Source: Podarcis bocagei (lineage: Eukaryota). From it: a stretch of 64,000 bases of DNA. Both the position numbers and the translations under genes were made by a program. Below are positions 45,570 to 56,503 of this stretch, piece after piece. A model generated the notes under the pieces. The model did no database searches and was not told the DNA's origin. It saw only the letters and a program-made list of their open reading frames with translations. Location: the NCBI GenBank assembly GCA_964188305.1, contig OZ076894.1, one strand, 5' to 3'. Numbering within the stretch: the stretch's first letter is position 1; every line of letters begins with the position of its first letter.

Positions 45570-48500
45570 TGCATTTTGGCATGCAGCCGTACATGTAATG
45601 CGAACACGTATTCTTTACGTACCTTGTAGAAAATGAGGAACAAGTCACTCAGCTGTCCGTGCAAATCGCCTAATAAATGAAAGGGGCAAAATGTCAGCTT
45701 TGTGGTTTAAAGTTATAAGCATTTCACATCAAGCAGTGTATTCCATTCATGGTGCTGGTTTATTCACATTCCCACCCCCCTCTCACGCTCTATAGCCCGC
45801 ATTCCTTCCGCTGTGAAACTCAACCTGTAGTTCACAGGTCGTCCCCCTTCCCTGCACTGACCAGCCCCAAACCTGCTTAGCTTCAGCAAGCTGGTGGTGC
45901 CATGTGCTTTCAGACCATGCCACTGGACCTGGGAACTGTGATTATATTTCCCAGGGAACTGTGGCTTTTCTCCCCATGAAGGTCTGCCTGGCACCATCTG
46001 CCAGAAGCGAGCCAGCAGTAAATCGCACTGAGCAAGCTGGAGTTAACTCTTTATTAGAAAAAACACCATCTGCACAGGAGTGTCGGGCCTTATCAGCGCA
46101 GCGACTTGTCTCTGGCAGGTCTCGCCCCCATGAAGCAGTTGCTGAGATAGGTGATTCCTACCTCCCCACAGCTGCCTAAGCCTCCTCCTCTTCAGGTTCC
46201 CCCCCCCAAGCAATTGGGGACTGTGCCCCTTCACACAGTCAATCTCTCCTCTGCCCTTTTCATGCCTCTCCTGGTTCTGCGCCTTCTTCCCTTGGGGATT
46301 CCCCAGCTGGTTCCTCCCACCATTCCTCTGAGTCCAACCAGTCCATGACACCATCATAGGTTTCCTTTCTGGACCAGCAAGAGTTGTTTCTGCTCTACCA
46401 GGGTTTCTTCAATCGCATTACTTTCCCATGGAAAACAAGTTATACAGTTTGTTAAGAAGGGTGGAAGGGGCAGTGCCTGGTTTCTAAAGACAGATGTTGG
46501 AGCTTATCTGAATGGAAGCAATGTTCATTAGCTCTGCTCCTTATGTTTAAATGTGGAAGAAAGGTACAGACTACAGTTGGTCATTAATATTTGGAAGAAA
46601 ATGCACTTTGTACATTCTTAGAGGCACACTGCTCTTTCAATGTTAAGAGTGGGGAAAGGGCAGGTACTAGTATCCTAGCAAAGCGCACTCTGTTGTAGAT
46701 GCCCAACCTGTCTCCCTCACCTGTCTCCCTTCTCCAGATCTGTTTCAGTTACACACCAGTTCCTCTTATCTCCAATATGTTTGTATGTTGGAAGATTTAG
46801 GACAGATTGTCACCTCACAGAGTTTCCTTTGAGCCATTGCTGTGCTAATGGATCGATACCCCCACAGGATAACACCGCCAAGGAAATTAGGCTGAGTTAA
46901 TTGGCTTTTAATACAAGCTGATTTCCTAGGCGTTAGAGGTGCCTAATACACAGTTTAGGAAGCTTGCCTAACAAAATTAGCTTTGCTAATTTCAGAGGGT
47001 TTGGAAATACACAGGTCAAATACACCCATGGGTCCAGCCATCACCTCACACAGGAGACTAGATTATCCTAATTGGCTTCTGATGCCACAAGCCTTAATTA
47101 AATTCTAGCACCTACAAACTCGCAACAAGACATTAAAAACATCCCAGCCATTTCTAAAAAGCCACAGGTAGTTAAAGGCAAAAAAGGCCTGGAGAGTGTG
47201 AAAACTTTTAGCCCAGTGCCTGAAAATATATCATTATGGCACCAGGCGAATCTCCCTGGGGAGGGCATTCCTCAAGCGGGGAGCCACCACAGAAAAGGCC
47301 TGTTCTCGTGTTGCCACCCTCCGTACCTCTCATGGAGTGGCATATGAAGAAGCGCCTCAAATAATGAGCACAGGGTCTGGATTAGATCACATGGGCTGAG
47401 GCGGTGCTTGAGGCACGTACCTCAGCAGCGCTGGTAAACAACAGCACTTACCACATACAGTGATCTCCTCACTGTAGCAGGTGGAGACGCAGGTGATGTT
47501 CGGAAGCTGGGAAAGATGCTTTTCAGTCTCACTCAAGAGTCTTAGGACATAGTAAGCGTGAAGATGCTACTGGGAGAAAGTGAGGAAGTTACAGAAAGCC
47601 ATCGAGGAGAGCGTTGGCTCAAACTACAATTCCCAGGATCCTTCGGGGGGAAGCAATTAACTGTTTACTTGCGCTAATTTATACCCTGCGTTTCTACAGA
47701 AACTAGGCAGTTCACAATGTAAAACAACAACACGACATTATGCATGCCCCAATTTTCCAAGTGGTGGGAGATTTCTGGGGCGGGGGACTTTAGTCAGATT
47801 TGGTGTCCTGTGGCTTTTCGCAGCATTTGTACTCATTTGCAAACATCAAAGTTTAGCCTAGGAGCAGGTGCAGCTTTAATGCTCCAGCAGAAACCCCTAA
47901 ACTCACTGCTCCTGTTTTGGACACCTACGGGTACCAAGATGCTCCCAGGGCAAAAGCCGGTCTTTCTCCAAATAGCCATGACTTCACACAGACAGAGTGT
48001 GTTGACAACATCCTCATGTAAAGGCAGAGAAAGTGATGTCCCTTCTCTAAACCAACTCATGCTTTCCAGAACAGTTTATTCCCACAGCTATTGCTAAGGC
48101 CGGGGTCTGAGAGCCATCAACCACATGGCCCTGTTGCTGGCTAACTGGCTGTGGTGTAAAAGACTGGGAAGCCAAATCAGCAAAGCATTTTGGGGTTGGG
48201 TTGCTTATTGTTTCTACCATGGGTAGGCAAACTAAGGCCCGAGGGCCGGATCCAGCCCCATCGCCTTCTAAATCCGGCCCACGGACGGTCCGGGAATCAG
48301 CGTGTTTTTACATGAGTAGAATGTGTGCTTTTATTTAAAATGCATCTCTGGGTTATTTGTGGGACCTGCCTGGTGTTTTTATATGAGTAGAATGTGTGCT
48401 TTTATTTAAAATGCATCTCTGGGTTATTTGTGGGGCATAGGATTTCATTATTTTTTTTCAAAATATAGTCCGGCCCCCAACAAGGTCTGAGGGTCAGGGG

Positions 48501-51500
48501 ACTGGCCCCCTGCTGAAAAAGTTTGCTGACCCCTGGTTTATACAAATAGCAACCTATGGTTTGTGCCAGGCAAAGTTAGGGTTAGTTATGGCACCTGCTC
48601 AGGTGTCAAAAGCCAAGGTATAGTTCCCAGAAGGAACACGAACAAGTTGTAGTCCAACAACATCTGGCGGACCACAAATCCCTCATCCCGGGCATACAAT
48701 GATTGGCAGTGGTTCTCCAGGGATTTAAGGAGATGAGTCCTTCCCAGCCTGGACATCACAAATGCTGTGTATCACTGAGCTACAGAAATTCCCCTTCAGT
48801 TTCCTTCTTGACCTAGCAGGAGCTTCTGGAAGCGAAAACTGAGGTAAAAGTAGACGGCTACTGTGAAGGTACTTACTTGCTCGTGTTGGTACGCTTCCAG
48901 TAAGTTAGTGGCATCCTCAGGCACGAGTGGGAAGGAAAGGCGAGGCCCCACATAGGTGTCTGGCACCACAACGGATTCAAAGGTTTCAATGGGTTTTTCG
49001 ATTTTGGGGTCAAAGATGATTTCAGGTTCTGACAATATGCGGTTAAGGAAATCTCCTAGGGTGGAATGAAAACCAAGATGGTTGGCTCCTAGAATGTGAC
49101 TCTTTGCTTCTCTCCATGGGCAGCAGCAGCAGCGTTAAGTTTTAGCTGAGATTCCTGCATTGCAGGGGGGTTGGACTAGATGACCCTTGGGTCCCTTCCA
49201 ACTCTTTTTAATTTTATTTTATTTTTACCAACCACCAAAACACAAACAGTGAAACCCCCCAGGCGGCTGATACATTGGGCATACAATATTCAATAATCTA
49301 CATATTCAATAATCTACATATTCAATAATCAATAATAACATATTCAAATTAACCATACGTACACTTCTATATACCTTAACACTCCTCCTTCCACAAGGTT
49401 TATTTAACTTTTAACATTTTAATTGCCCCAAATTGTTCAAACCTACTCAAATAATTCAATATCATCTCAAACCTCCTCTTTCTCACTGACCTTAAACCCT
49501 TTCATTCTATGTATCTTCACAGTTAGGTATTATAATATTATAATATTATTCAGTTTTTCCCTCCATTGGTTCACCCCTAGCTCTTCTGCATTTTTCCAAT
49601 TACTCACTATAACGTGCCTGGCTGTAATTACCATCAATTTTACCCATTTGCATTCCTCTTTTGTTTTTAACTCGGTACTACTCAGGGTAATAATAACCAT
49701 TAATTTAGTTATTTCCACATGGAAACGTGGGTCCCTTCCAACTCTTAAGATTCTATGATGCAAAATAAACGTGTCAGGGTTTTTTATGACCTTTTTTCCC
49801 AACTCCCTTCTCACATGCAGCCTCAAAGGCATCTTACGAGTATCGCGTAAAAGCCAGAGAAATTAAAACTACGCCACAGCCAAAAAGACACAATAGTAAT
49901 AGACGCAAACCAACAAACCAGACGGTAACGCCAGTTGAAAGCATGAGAATAGTCTGAAGGCAATGAAACAATTCTAAAGGCCACCTGCTGACAGTTAAAG
50001 AGGTGAGCACACCATGAAATTTAACACACCTGTGTGCCGTTCAGTTAGCTACAAGTTAGTTGGCCTTGTATTGGCTCAAAAATCCTAAGAAACCAACCAA
50101 TCAGAGCCCGTGGTTCAAGTCAGTGCCATTTTGAAAGGTTCAGTCAACCAATCGCCTTCTAAATCCAGCCTGCAGAAGGTCTGGGAATCAGCGTGTTTTT
50201 ACATGAGTAGAATGTGTCCTTTTATTTAAAATGCATCTCTGGGTTATTTGTGGGGCCTGCCTGGTGTTTTTACATGAGTAGAATGTGTGCTTTTATTTAA
50301 AATGCATCTCTGGGTTATCTGTGGGGCATAGGAATTGGTTCTTCCCCCCCCCTTGAGAAAATAATCTGGTCCCCCACAAGGTTTGAGGGACAGGGGAACA
50401 GCCTCCTGAAAAAAGTTTGCTGACCCCTGCTCCAGAGCTATTCATCCAGGATTTGTAGATACAGTGGTACCTCGGTTCTTGAACATCATCAGTTCTGGAA
50501 GACTGTTCGAGTTCCAAAACGTTTGAAAACTGAGGTGCAAAGGGCTGTCTGCAAATTCAGTTGAGATAATGGAAAAACATGCAGTGGAAGCCATTCAATT
50601 TCCTAGGCGAGTTCGGAAACAGAAGCACTTACTTCCAGGTTCTCGGCATTTGTATTCAGAAATGTTCATCAACAGAGATGTTTGAGAACCGAGGTACACT
50701 GTACCAACATTTCCACATTTGATTGGTTTGCAAAACGCATACAAGGTCACAAAATTTAGTTGCCCTGACAAGAGAGAGAGTGATATATAATACAAACTGT
50801 ATTTCCCCATTTTTGAGCTTACTGTCTTTGTTGTTGCTTGGCGTGAAGTAGGTCATAAGGTAGTCAAAGAAATGGTTGAGCTGTGGAAGACAAGAAGAAT
50901 GCTGTCAACTTCTATCATTAAGCCATCTTTGTACTCTCTTCCCCTGCCATAGCCTCTCCCTCCCATACTGTTCCCTCTCCTGTTAGACTATGCAGAAATG
51001 GCTAAACTGACTGGGAAACTCAGAGACCAAGAAAACAAATTCAAGAAAGAATAGGAGACCACTGTAAACAGATGAAAACATTAGCAGGATTTTAATCCCA
51101 CTTGTCATGTAACAAATATTGCGGACAACATGGATGGATACAAAACACAGACTATTAAATAATATGCAGTTGAAAATGTTGACAATAGGACCCAGGGAGG
51201 GGATGGGGGGAAGTTGCAAGATTCAGAGAAATCTCATTTTATGGATATGTATTTGGCACTGTAACTAATTTGTATTTGTAAAAATAAAAAAAAAATGATT
51301 TCAAAAAGAAAAGAAAAGAAAAGAAAAGAAATTTTGTGCCCCTAACAATTTTGTGCCTGGGGGAACCGACCCTGTGCCCCCCAACTCACACTAGGTCAAT
51401 GTGCCACACAGAGCTGCATGTGATTCAGAAGATGTGCGAAACTGGCACATGCCATGTAATTTTGGAGTTTGCAGTGCTTCTCCTTCCAACACACACTCTG

Positions 51501-54500
51501 AGGATGCTCAGTGGGCTGTTTGGGTTTGTTTGGAGTTTTCTGCCTCCTCTGTCCCTCATACATATACATATATTACGAATGGGAGTTGCAGCTCAAAACG
51601 TGGATAGCAAAGACTGATTGAGAGCACTGTTGGATTGAGTTATGCTTGCACGAGGCAGAGGGTTTAGAATGCATTTGGATCACTGAATTCTGTTAGCAAA
51701 GTCACTTAACACAGATAGAGACCAGGGAGAAAAGAAACCCTGATAACACTTGACTGTGGACAACTGAACCAAAACAGTGTATAATTTGAAGGGGGAAAGA
51801 TTTTGTCTCTCTTACTTTGGGCCTTGTACATATCAGAAAAATATTCAGTTATGCGTACAAGAGGAAAACTCCCTTAGAACTAATCAGCCAATCAGCACGA
51901 GTTACCTCAGCATGGATCATGCCATCTTGATTGGTTGCTAGGCAACACCTCCACCACACCCCACCTACTAATTATGAACAGAATTAACCCTTAGGTTCCA
52001 AACCGAATGCTCCCTGCTGTTGTACTTCCAGCAAAGTCTGGGCTGTGTTGGGGGCAGATGAGAATCAGGAGAATAATTCTGAGCGCTAAATTCCTTTTAC
52101 CGCTACCAACAGCAAAACTAGAACAGGCAGAAGGAAGAATTTCCCCTCTGCCTTCCTCCTTTGCCATCATACCTTGAGATGATCCAGCTCTCCCGCATAC
52201 TCTATGGACTGAAATATGCGCCATGTGCATCTTCGGCGCATTTCAAGCCGGGCCACATAGCGTCGATACCATGTTTGGATCAGGATAGCTCCTCTGAAGG
52301 CTGAGATGCAAAAAGAGAGATGTGCGATATAGCCTTTTGCTTTTTGGAGTACAGAAACATGAAGCCCATCAAACAGCTGACATCAGCAGCCAGCAACCTT
52401 GGACAGCTGTTGGGGCCAGGTATCATGGCAGAGTCCACATGACACAGAAGTTTGGCACTGCCACCCATCCACTTCTTCAGCCATCGACTGGTAGTAGGGA
52501 TTGGGCCTAGGAAGCAGCCCGCCATTTTAAATAGCCCACATTGTGCCACAGCAGCGCACCACTGTGGCATTGTGGGTAAGTAAAATGGCAGGCAGCTCAC
52601 AACCCTGTCCTTTCCGATTGTTCAAGAAGCTCTTTGGAGAAGGGAAGAAACGTTAGGAGCTTCTCAGATGGGTAGAACGGCCCCGGACACTGGCAACCCA
52701 CCCTACACCACCGGTGTGGTATGAGAAATGGGAGAGGGAACCCTGTGCTGCACTTTGAAGAAATTAAGATCTGGTAGGAGATACTCTTGCTGTTCATAGA
52801 ATTGTATGGCCACAAGAGACCACAAATCAGGAATCAGGAATCTCTGGCTAGCCAACCTCTGTTTATAAAACCCCCAAAAAGGAGAGCCCACCTCCTTCTT
52901 AAGTCATCTGTTCAACTGTTGACCAGCTCCTGCCATTGGACTGGTCTCCTCCCCTCTCCTCTCGCCCAAATGAGGGCAATCTCTGACACCTCAAAGCCCT
53001 CTGCCCCCAACAAAGGTACATCTAGGGGAGTGCAACCTGTTTGGTTGCCCTAGGTGCAGGAAGCAGTAGCACATAAACATGTCCGCACGTCATGTTCAAC
53101 AGTCTCGTGTTTTCCATTCTCCCTAGCACTTCATACTCTCCCAACATTTCTCAGATAGAAATGGGGACATTTCTGACTCCACACCACCTCCACACCAATA
53201 GAAGAAGAGGAGTTTGGATTTGATATCCTGCTTTATCACTACCCTAAGGAGTCTCAAGGGATGCGGGTGGCGCTGTGGGTTAAACCACAGAGCCTAGGAC
53301 TTGCCGATCAGAAGGTTGGCGGTTCGAATCCCCACGACGGGGTGAGCTCCCGTTGCTTGGTCCCTGCTCCTGCCAACCTAGCAGTTCGAAAGCACGTCAA
53401 AGTGCAAGTAGATAAATAGGTACTGCTCTGGCGGGAAGGCAAACGGCGTTTCCGTGTGCTTCTCTGGTTCGCCAGAAGCGGCTTAGTCATGCTGGCCACA
53501 TGACCTGGAAGCTGTACACCGGCTCCCTTCGCCAATAAAGCGAGATGAGTGCCACAACCCCAGAGTTGTCCGCGACTGGACCTAATGGTCAGGGGTCCCT
53601 CTACCTTTTAAGGAGTCTCAAAGCGGCTCACAATCTCCTTTCCCTTCCTCCCCCACAACAAACACTCTGTGAGGTGAGTGAGGCTGAGAGACTTCAGAGA
53701 AGTGTGACTAGCCTAAGCAGCTGCATGTGGAGGAGAAGGGAAGCAAACCCAGTTCACCAGATTACGAGTCTACCGCTCTTAACCACTACATCACGCTGGC
53801 TCCACATTGCTATGTGTGGGACATAGCACACACACATTCCACCATACTAAGAAAACCCCTTAAACACACACTCATAGCACTTGCAGGGGAAATAGGGACA
53901 TTCCAGGGTCAAATCAGAAGCCAGGATGGCTTTTGCAATTCCGGGACTGTCCCTGGAAAATCGGGACACTCGGAGGGTATGGCACTCACCCGAAAAAGGG
54001 AAGAGCTTAAAGGATGGTTTGTTTTCTTCAGCCAAGTTCTTGGTACTTTTTTTCCTGTTCATCCCTCCCAACTGTACGACTGATTCAGCCAGAATGCTAG
54101 TGTGTTCTAGGGCTTTTCCTGGCTTCCAAAACAAGCCAATCAACCCATTTTGAGCTGGAAGGGTTCATTGTCTGAAACCATCCAATAGGAAAATCGGATG
54201 CAAAGCAGGAAGAACAAGTCCTGACCTCATTGGCTAGAACCTTCAGCAGGAGTAAAGTTCCAACCTGAAGCTTCTCTCCTGCCAGAGAAAATTGTCATAT
54301 AATGTCAGAGACCAGGCTGAGGAGTACTGCTCTGATGAGGAATGGTGGGAGTCTCCCACTTCCCCTGCTACTGACCAGGATCCTGAAGCTGCCCAAGAGC
54401 AGGGGAGCAGTATAGATTTAGAACAGTGGTTTGCAGAAGGGCATAGTTCTGAAGACAGAAGTTGGGAAAAACTGGGGGGTAAACAGCAAGGTGAAGAAGA

Positions 54501-56503
54501 ACGGAGGGAGAGAGAGCTAACAGACTCTCTCACTGGAGATTGCCCAGCCTATCAGTCCAAGCTCACATAGAGCAGATAAGGTGGCTACACAAAAAGCACG
54601 GCGGTTGCAAGATCAGGTTGCAAAGCGCAGAAGTGATGGGGTGACTAGGGGGAAAGTGGGTGGAAACCTTAATTGGGAGCACCTTTACTCTGAGATGGGA
54701 CGCGGGTGGCACTGTGGGTTAAACCACAGAGCCTAGGACTTGCTGATCAGAAGGTTGGTGGTTCGAATCCTCGTGATGGGGTGAGCTCCCATTGCTCGGT
54801 CCCTGCTCCTGCCAACCTAGCAGTTCGAAAGCACATCAAAGTGCAAGTAGATAAATAGGTACTGCTCTGGTGGGAAGGTAAACGGTGTTTCCGTGTGCTG
54901 CTCTGGTTCGCCAGAAGCGGCTTAGTCATGCTGGCCACATGACCCGGAAGCTGTATGCCGGCTCCCTTGACCAGTAAAGCGAGATGAGCGCCGCAACCCC
55001 AGAGTTGGTCACGACTGGACCTAATGGTCAGGGGTCCCTTTACCTTTACTTACTCTGAGATGGACTCTTTGTTCTTTCGCTGTGATCATTAAAAACTCTT
55101 TAAATGGCAACAAACTGTTTTTGCTTTGTTCTGCTTATCCACAGCCAATGGGAGGGAGGAAGTCGCTTCCCGGAAGCCTGACATATAGGGAGGGTTTGTG
55201 CTTTCAAAAGAGATGGGAAGCCAGTGACTCTCCTGATATTGCTGGACTCCAGTTTCCACCAACCCCAGCTAGTATCAACAATAGTGGGCAGGGAAGAACT
55301 TTTTTCCTTCCATGCTTGCCACAGGAGAACGAACATTCTTCACATGCTCCTTCATTGGTTTTTCCCTTCACTCAAACTTTCTGATATGCTGTTCTTCCAT
55401 AGGCCTTGTTTAGATTTCTTTTTATATTTTTTTTAATTTATTTATTACATACGAGATGCACAGTTACATAAAACAAGAATAAAAGTACAGTCGTACCTCG
55501 GAAGTTGAACGGAATCTGTTCCGGAAGTCCGTTTGACTTCCAAAACATTCGGAAACCAAAGCGTGGCTTCTGATTGGCTGCAGGAAGCTCCTGCAGCCAA
55601 TCAGAAATTGCAGAAACCCCGTCGGACGTTAGGCTTCCAAAAATAGTTCACAAACCAGAACTCTCACTTCTGGGTTTTGCGGCGTTGGGGAGCCAAAACA
55701 TTTGAAAACTAAGCTGTTCGAAAACCAAGGTACGACTGTAAATAATACTGTGTTTATGATTTGATGGAAAGAACATAGGGTGTAGCAGAAAGGGAGAAAC
55801 AACAACTAGATGGAAAACTGGGTGGGAAGTCGACAAAAATAAAAGACGAAATCGTGTTTTGACTGCATTATGTTAAAAACGTTGAAACTACGGTAATTGG
55901 GGGAAAAAACAGCAGTATGCAGAATGCTCAATTAAACGTTTCTGAATACAATAACCAAGTTGTGTCAACATCTATATAGCATAATTATTAGATATGAAAT
56001 GATGTACAATAATGTGTGTGCTTAGATTGTTGACCATCAGTAAAATGTATTTTGCATCAACGACAATTTTAATTTATAGGAAATAAAGGAGAAGCAGGAC
56101 TTGACTGTCAACAACAGGGGTGGCTAACCTGTAGCTCTGCAGATGTGTTTTGAACTACATCTCCCAATAGCCAAAGTCAGGGAGTTGTAGTTTAGCAACA
56201 TCTGGAGGACAAAATGAGCTCCTCAGATCCATTTCTGGATCCATTTCTGCATGGCCTTGTCTGTGCGTTGTCAAATTTCACAGGGCCACCAAATTTCCTA
56301 CTGGAGAGATTATAGAACGTTAACTTACCAGGATGTGAAGCATCTGGCAATTCATGGCCTAGTGAGAAAGGAGGAGCATAAGGATGTTTACTCAAAAAGG
56401 ACATCAGAAAACAACACTGAAAATGTTTCAGAAAGGAAATAAATAACTTACCTCTGTTTGTCTTGGACACAAAGGTGCTGTGTGCAGAACTACCACATCC
56501 CAT
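29985..56503 (-). CDS. PPEF2: Ser/Thr protein phosphatase with EF-hands 2 (rdgC family): complement(join(29985..30229,31454..31541,32030..32199,33318..33421,34975..35117,36663..36848,38784..39011,41119..41268,43488..43524,43620..43786,45623..45669,47452..47566,48877..49055,50823..50880,52173..52300,56452..56503)) = 2097 nt, 698 aa
   Basis: IQ motif ([14 protein letters not shown]); PPP motifs [39 protein letters not shown]; EF-hand loops [12 protein letters not shown] and [12 protein letters not shown]; GLPWRMLRP and linkage to NUP54/SCARB2 indicate PPEF2 rather than PPEF1. Confidence 0.95.
30848..31214 (+). mobile_element. Sauria SINE
   Basis: tRNA-like head, (ACCTTT)n tail. Confidence 0.85.
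31454..31541 (-). CDS. PPEF2: PPEF2 coding exon 15 (88 nt)
   Basis: [29 protein letters not shown]; |gtaagt. Confidence 0.96.
32030..32199 (-). CDS. PPEF2: PPEF2 coding exon 14 (170 nt)
   Basis: [30 protein letters not shown]...WSASQE; |gtaaca. Confidence 0.94.
33318..33421 (-). CDS. PPEF2: PPEF2 coding exon 13 (104 nt)
   Basis: [34 protein letters not shown]; |gtaagg. Confidence 0.93.
33619..33963 (-). mobile_element. Sauria SINE
   Basis: Matches the copy at 141-494. Confidence 0.85.
34415..34667. mobile_element. MITE family C
   Basis: TA|CAGTGGTGCCTCGCAAGACG...GTACCACTG|TA. Confidence 0.85.
34975..35117 (-). CDS. PPEF2: PPEF2 coding exon 12 (143 nt, GC donor)
   Basis: [47 protein letters not shown]; AAG|gcaagc. 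Confidence 0.93.
35381..35611. mobile_element. Tc1/pogo-type MITE
   Basis: GTGGAACCTC...GAGGTTCCACTG TIRs; related elements at 38317, 50462-50701 and 55488-55738. Confidence 0.65.
35993..36595. mobile_element. MITE family B with repetitive GC-rich interior
   Basis: TA|CCGTATTTTT...AAATACTG|TA. Confidence 0.85.
36663..36848 (-). CDS. PPEF2: PPEF2 coding exon 11 (186 nt)
   Basis: VTDILWSDP...[12 protein letters not shown]...[18 protein letters not shown]. Confidence 0.97.
37005..38300 (+). mobile_element. L1-type LINE 3' fragments (two pieces) with MITE A nested at 37373-37612 and (TTTTA)n at ~37750-37809
   Basis: HMWWNC and [17 protein letters not shown]...[17 protein letters not shown] motifs. 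Confidence 0.7.
38784..39011 (-). CDS. PPEF2: PPEF2 coding exon 10 (228 nt, catalytic-domain insert)
   Basis: cttttcttag|[10 protein letters not shown]...[15 protein letters not shown]...EDEDVQQ|gtgggt; phase 0-0. Confidence 0.85.
39181..39410 (-). mobile_element. tRNA-derived SINE with L2-like tail (Squam2-like)
   Basis: (GAA)n tail on +; head reads GAGCCAGTGTGGTGTAGTGGTTAAGAG on -. Confidence 0.75.
40235..40460. mobile_element. MITE family B, truncated
   Basis: TA|CCGTATTTTTCGCTCCATAAGACGCAC left end only. Confidence 0.7.
41119..41268 (-). CDS. PPEF2: PPEF2 coding exon 9 (150 nt)
   Basis: [50 protein letters not shown]. Confidence 0.95.
41330..41720 (+). mobile_element. L1-type LINE 3' fragment
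   Basis: [18 protein letters not shown]...[10 protein letters not shown]. Confidence 0.7.
42005..42423 (-). mobile_element. L2-type LINE 3' fragment with (ATT)n tail
   Basis: Microsatellite tail and GAAAAGGCCC...TCGTGTTGCCACC core; related piece ~47180-47412. Confidence 0.7.
42572..43010 (-). mobile_element. Squam2-like SINE with a nested hAT MITE (42734-42921)
   Basis: Inner TIR CATAGCTGTCAAC/GTTGACAGCCATG, TSD CACCCAGC/CAGCCAGC. Confidence 0.8.
43488..43524 (-). CDS. PPEF2: PPEF2 coding exon 8 (37 nt)
   Basis: [12 protein letters not shown]; |gtaagc. Confidence 0.95.
43620..43786 (-). CDS. PPEF2: PPEF2 coding exon 7 (167 nt)
   Basis: [21 protein letters not shown]...[13 protein letters not shown]. 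Confidence 0.97.
43828..44172 (-). mobile_element. Sauria SINE
   Basis: Tail ends ~41 nt before the PPEF2 exon 7 acceptor. Confidence 0.85.
44362..44850 (+). mobile_element. L2-type LINE 3' fragment
   Basis: [16 protein letters not shown]...[10 protein letters not shown]; ATAAATAAA plus (TTA)n tail. Confidence 0.8.
45020..45350 (+). mobile_element. L1-type LINE 3' fragment (close relative at 50984-51330)
   Basis: [13 protein letters not shown]...[10 protein letters not shown]; AATAAA at end. Confidence 0.75.
45357..45565. repeat. Perfect 43-bp-arm inverted repeat between two (TA)n tracts; probable Penelope-like element end
   Basis: Arms 45389-45431 and 45445-45487, 13-nt loop; (AT)17 at 45357-45390 and (AT)24 at 45518-45565. 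Confidence 0.85.
45623..45669 (-). CDS. PPEF2: PPEF2 coding exon 6 (47 nt, GDxHG)
   Basis: [16 protein letters not shown]; |gtacgt. Confidence 0.95.
45999..46350 (-). mobile_element. Solo LTR (352 bp)
   Basis: TG...CA termini, perfect 5-bp TSD CCATC (45994-45998, 46351-46355), AATAAA on - strand. Confidence 0.75.
47452..47566 (-). CDS. PPEF2: PPEF2 coding exon 5 (115 nt)
   Basis: [38 protein letters not shown]; NAGNAG acceptor cagtag|. Confidence 0.94.
48218..48535. mobile_element. hAT-type MITE with internal duplication
   Basis: TSD GTTTCTAC/GTTTATAC; same family as 1395-1647. Confidence 0.85.
48877..49055 (-). CDS. PPEF2: PPEF2 coding exon 4 (179 nt)
   Basis: [12 protein letters not shown]...[14 protein letters not shown]...AYQHEQ; |gtaagt. 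Confidence 0.94.
49207..49727 (-). mobile_element. 5'-truncated L1 inserted in a Squam3-like SINE tail
   Basis: 19-bp TSD TGGGTCCCTTCCAACTCTT (49188-49206, 49728-49746); [12 protein letters not shown] motif. Confidence 0.85.
50823..50880 (-). CDS. PPEF2: PPEF2 coding exon 3 (58 nt)
   Basis: [19 protein letters not shown]; |gtaagc. Confidence 0.93.
52173..52300 (-). CDS. PPEF2: PPEF2 coding exon 2 (128 nt, IQ motif)
   Basis: [43 protein letters not shown]. Confidence 0.96.
53198..53800 (-). mobile_element. Squam2-like SINE interrupted by a Sauria SINE (+, 53258-53608)
   Basis: 13-bp TSD TAAGGAGTCTCAA (53245-53257, 53609-53621). Confidence 0.88.
54303..55183 (+). mobile_element. Solo LTR interrupted by a Sauria SINE (54697-55049)
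   Basis: TGTCAG...CTGACA termini, TSD TATAA/TATAG; SINE TSD TTACTCTGAGAT. Confidence 0.75.
56452..56503 (-). CDS. PPEF2: PPEF2 coding exon 1 ([17 protein letters not shown]); acceptor AG ends at 56522, leaving 18 nt of 5' UTR
   Basis: ccaatag|gtgtgttgctcgaagactATG...AGA G|gtaagt; phase 1 fits the next exon. Confidence 0.85.

Noticed and set aside
52570-52988. LTR-like stretch ending CTGACA
   Set aside because: No matching 5' terminus or TSD found.
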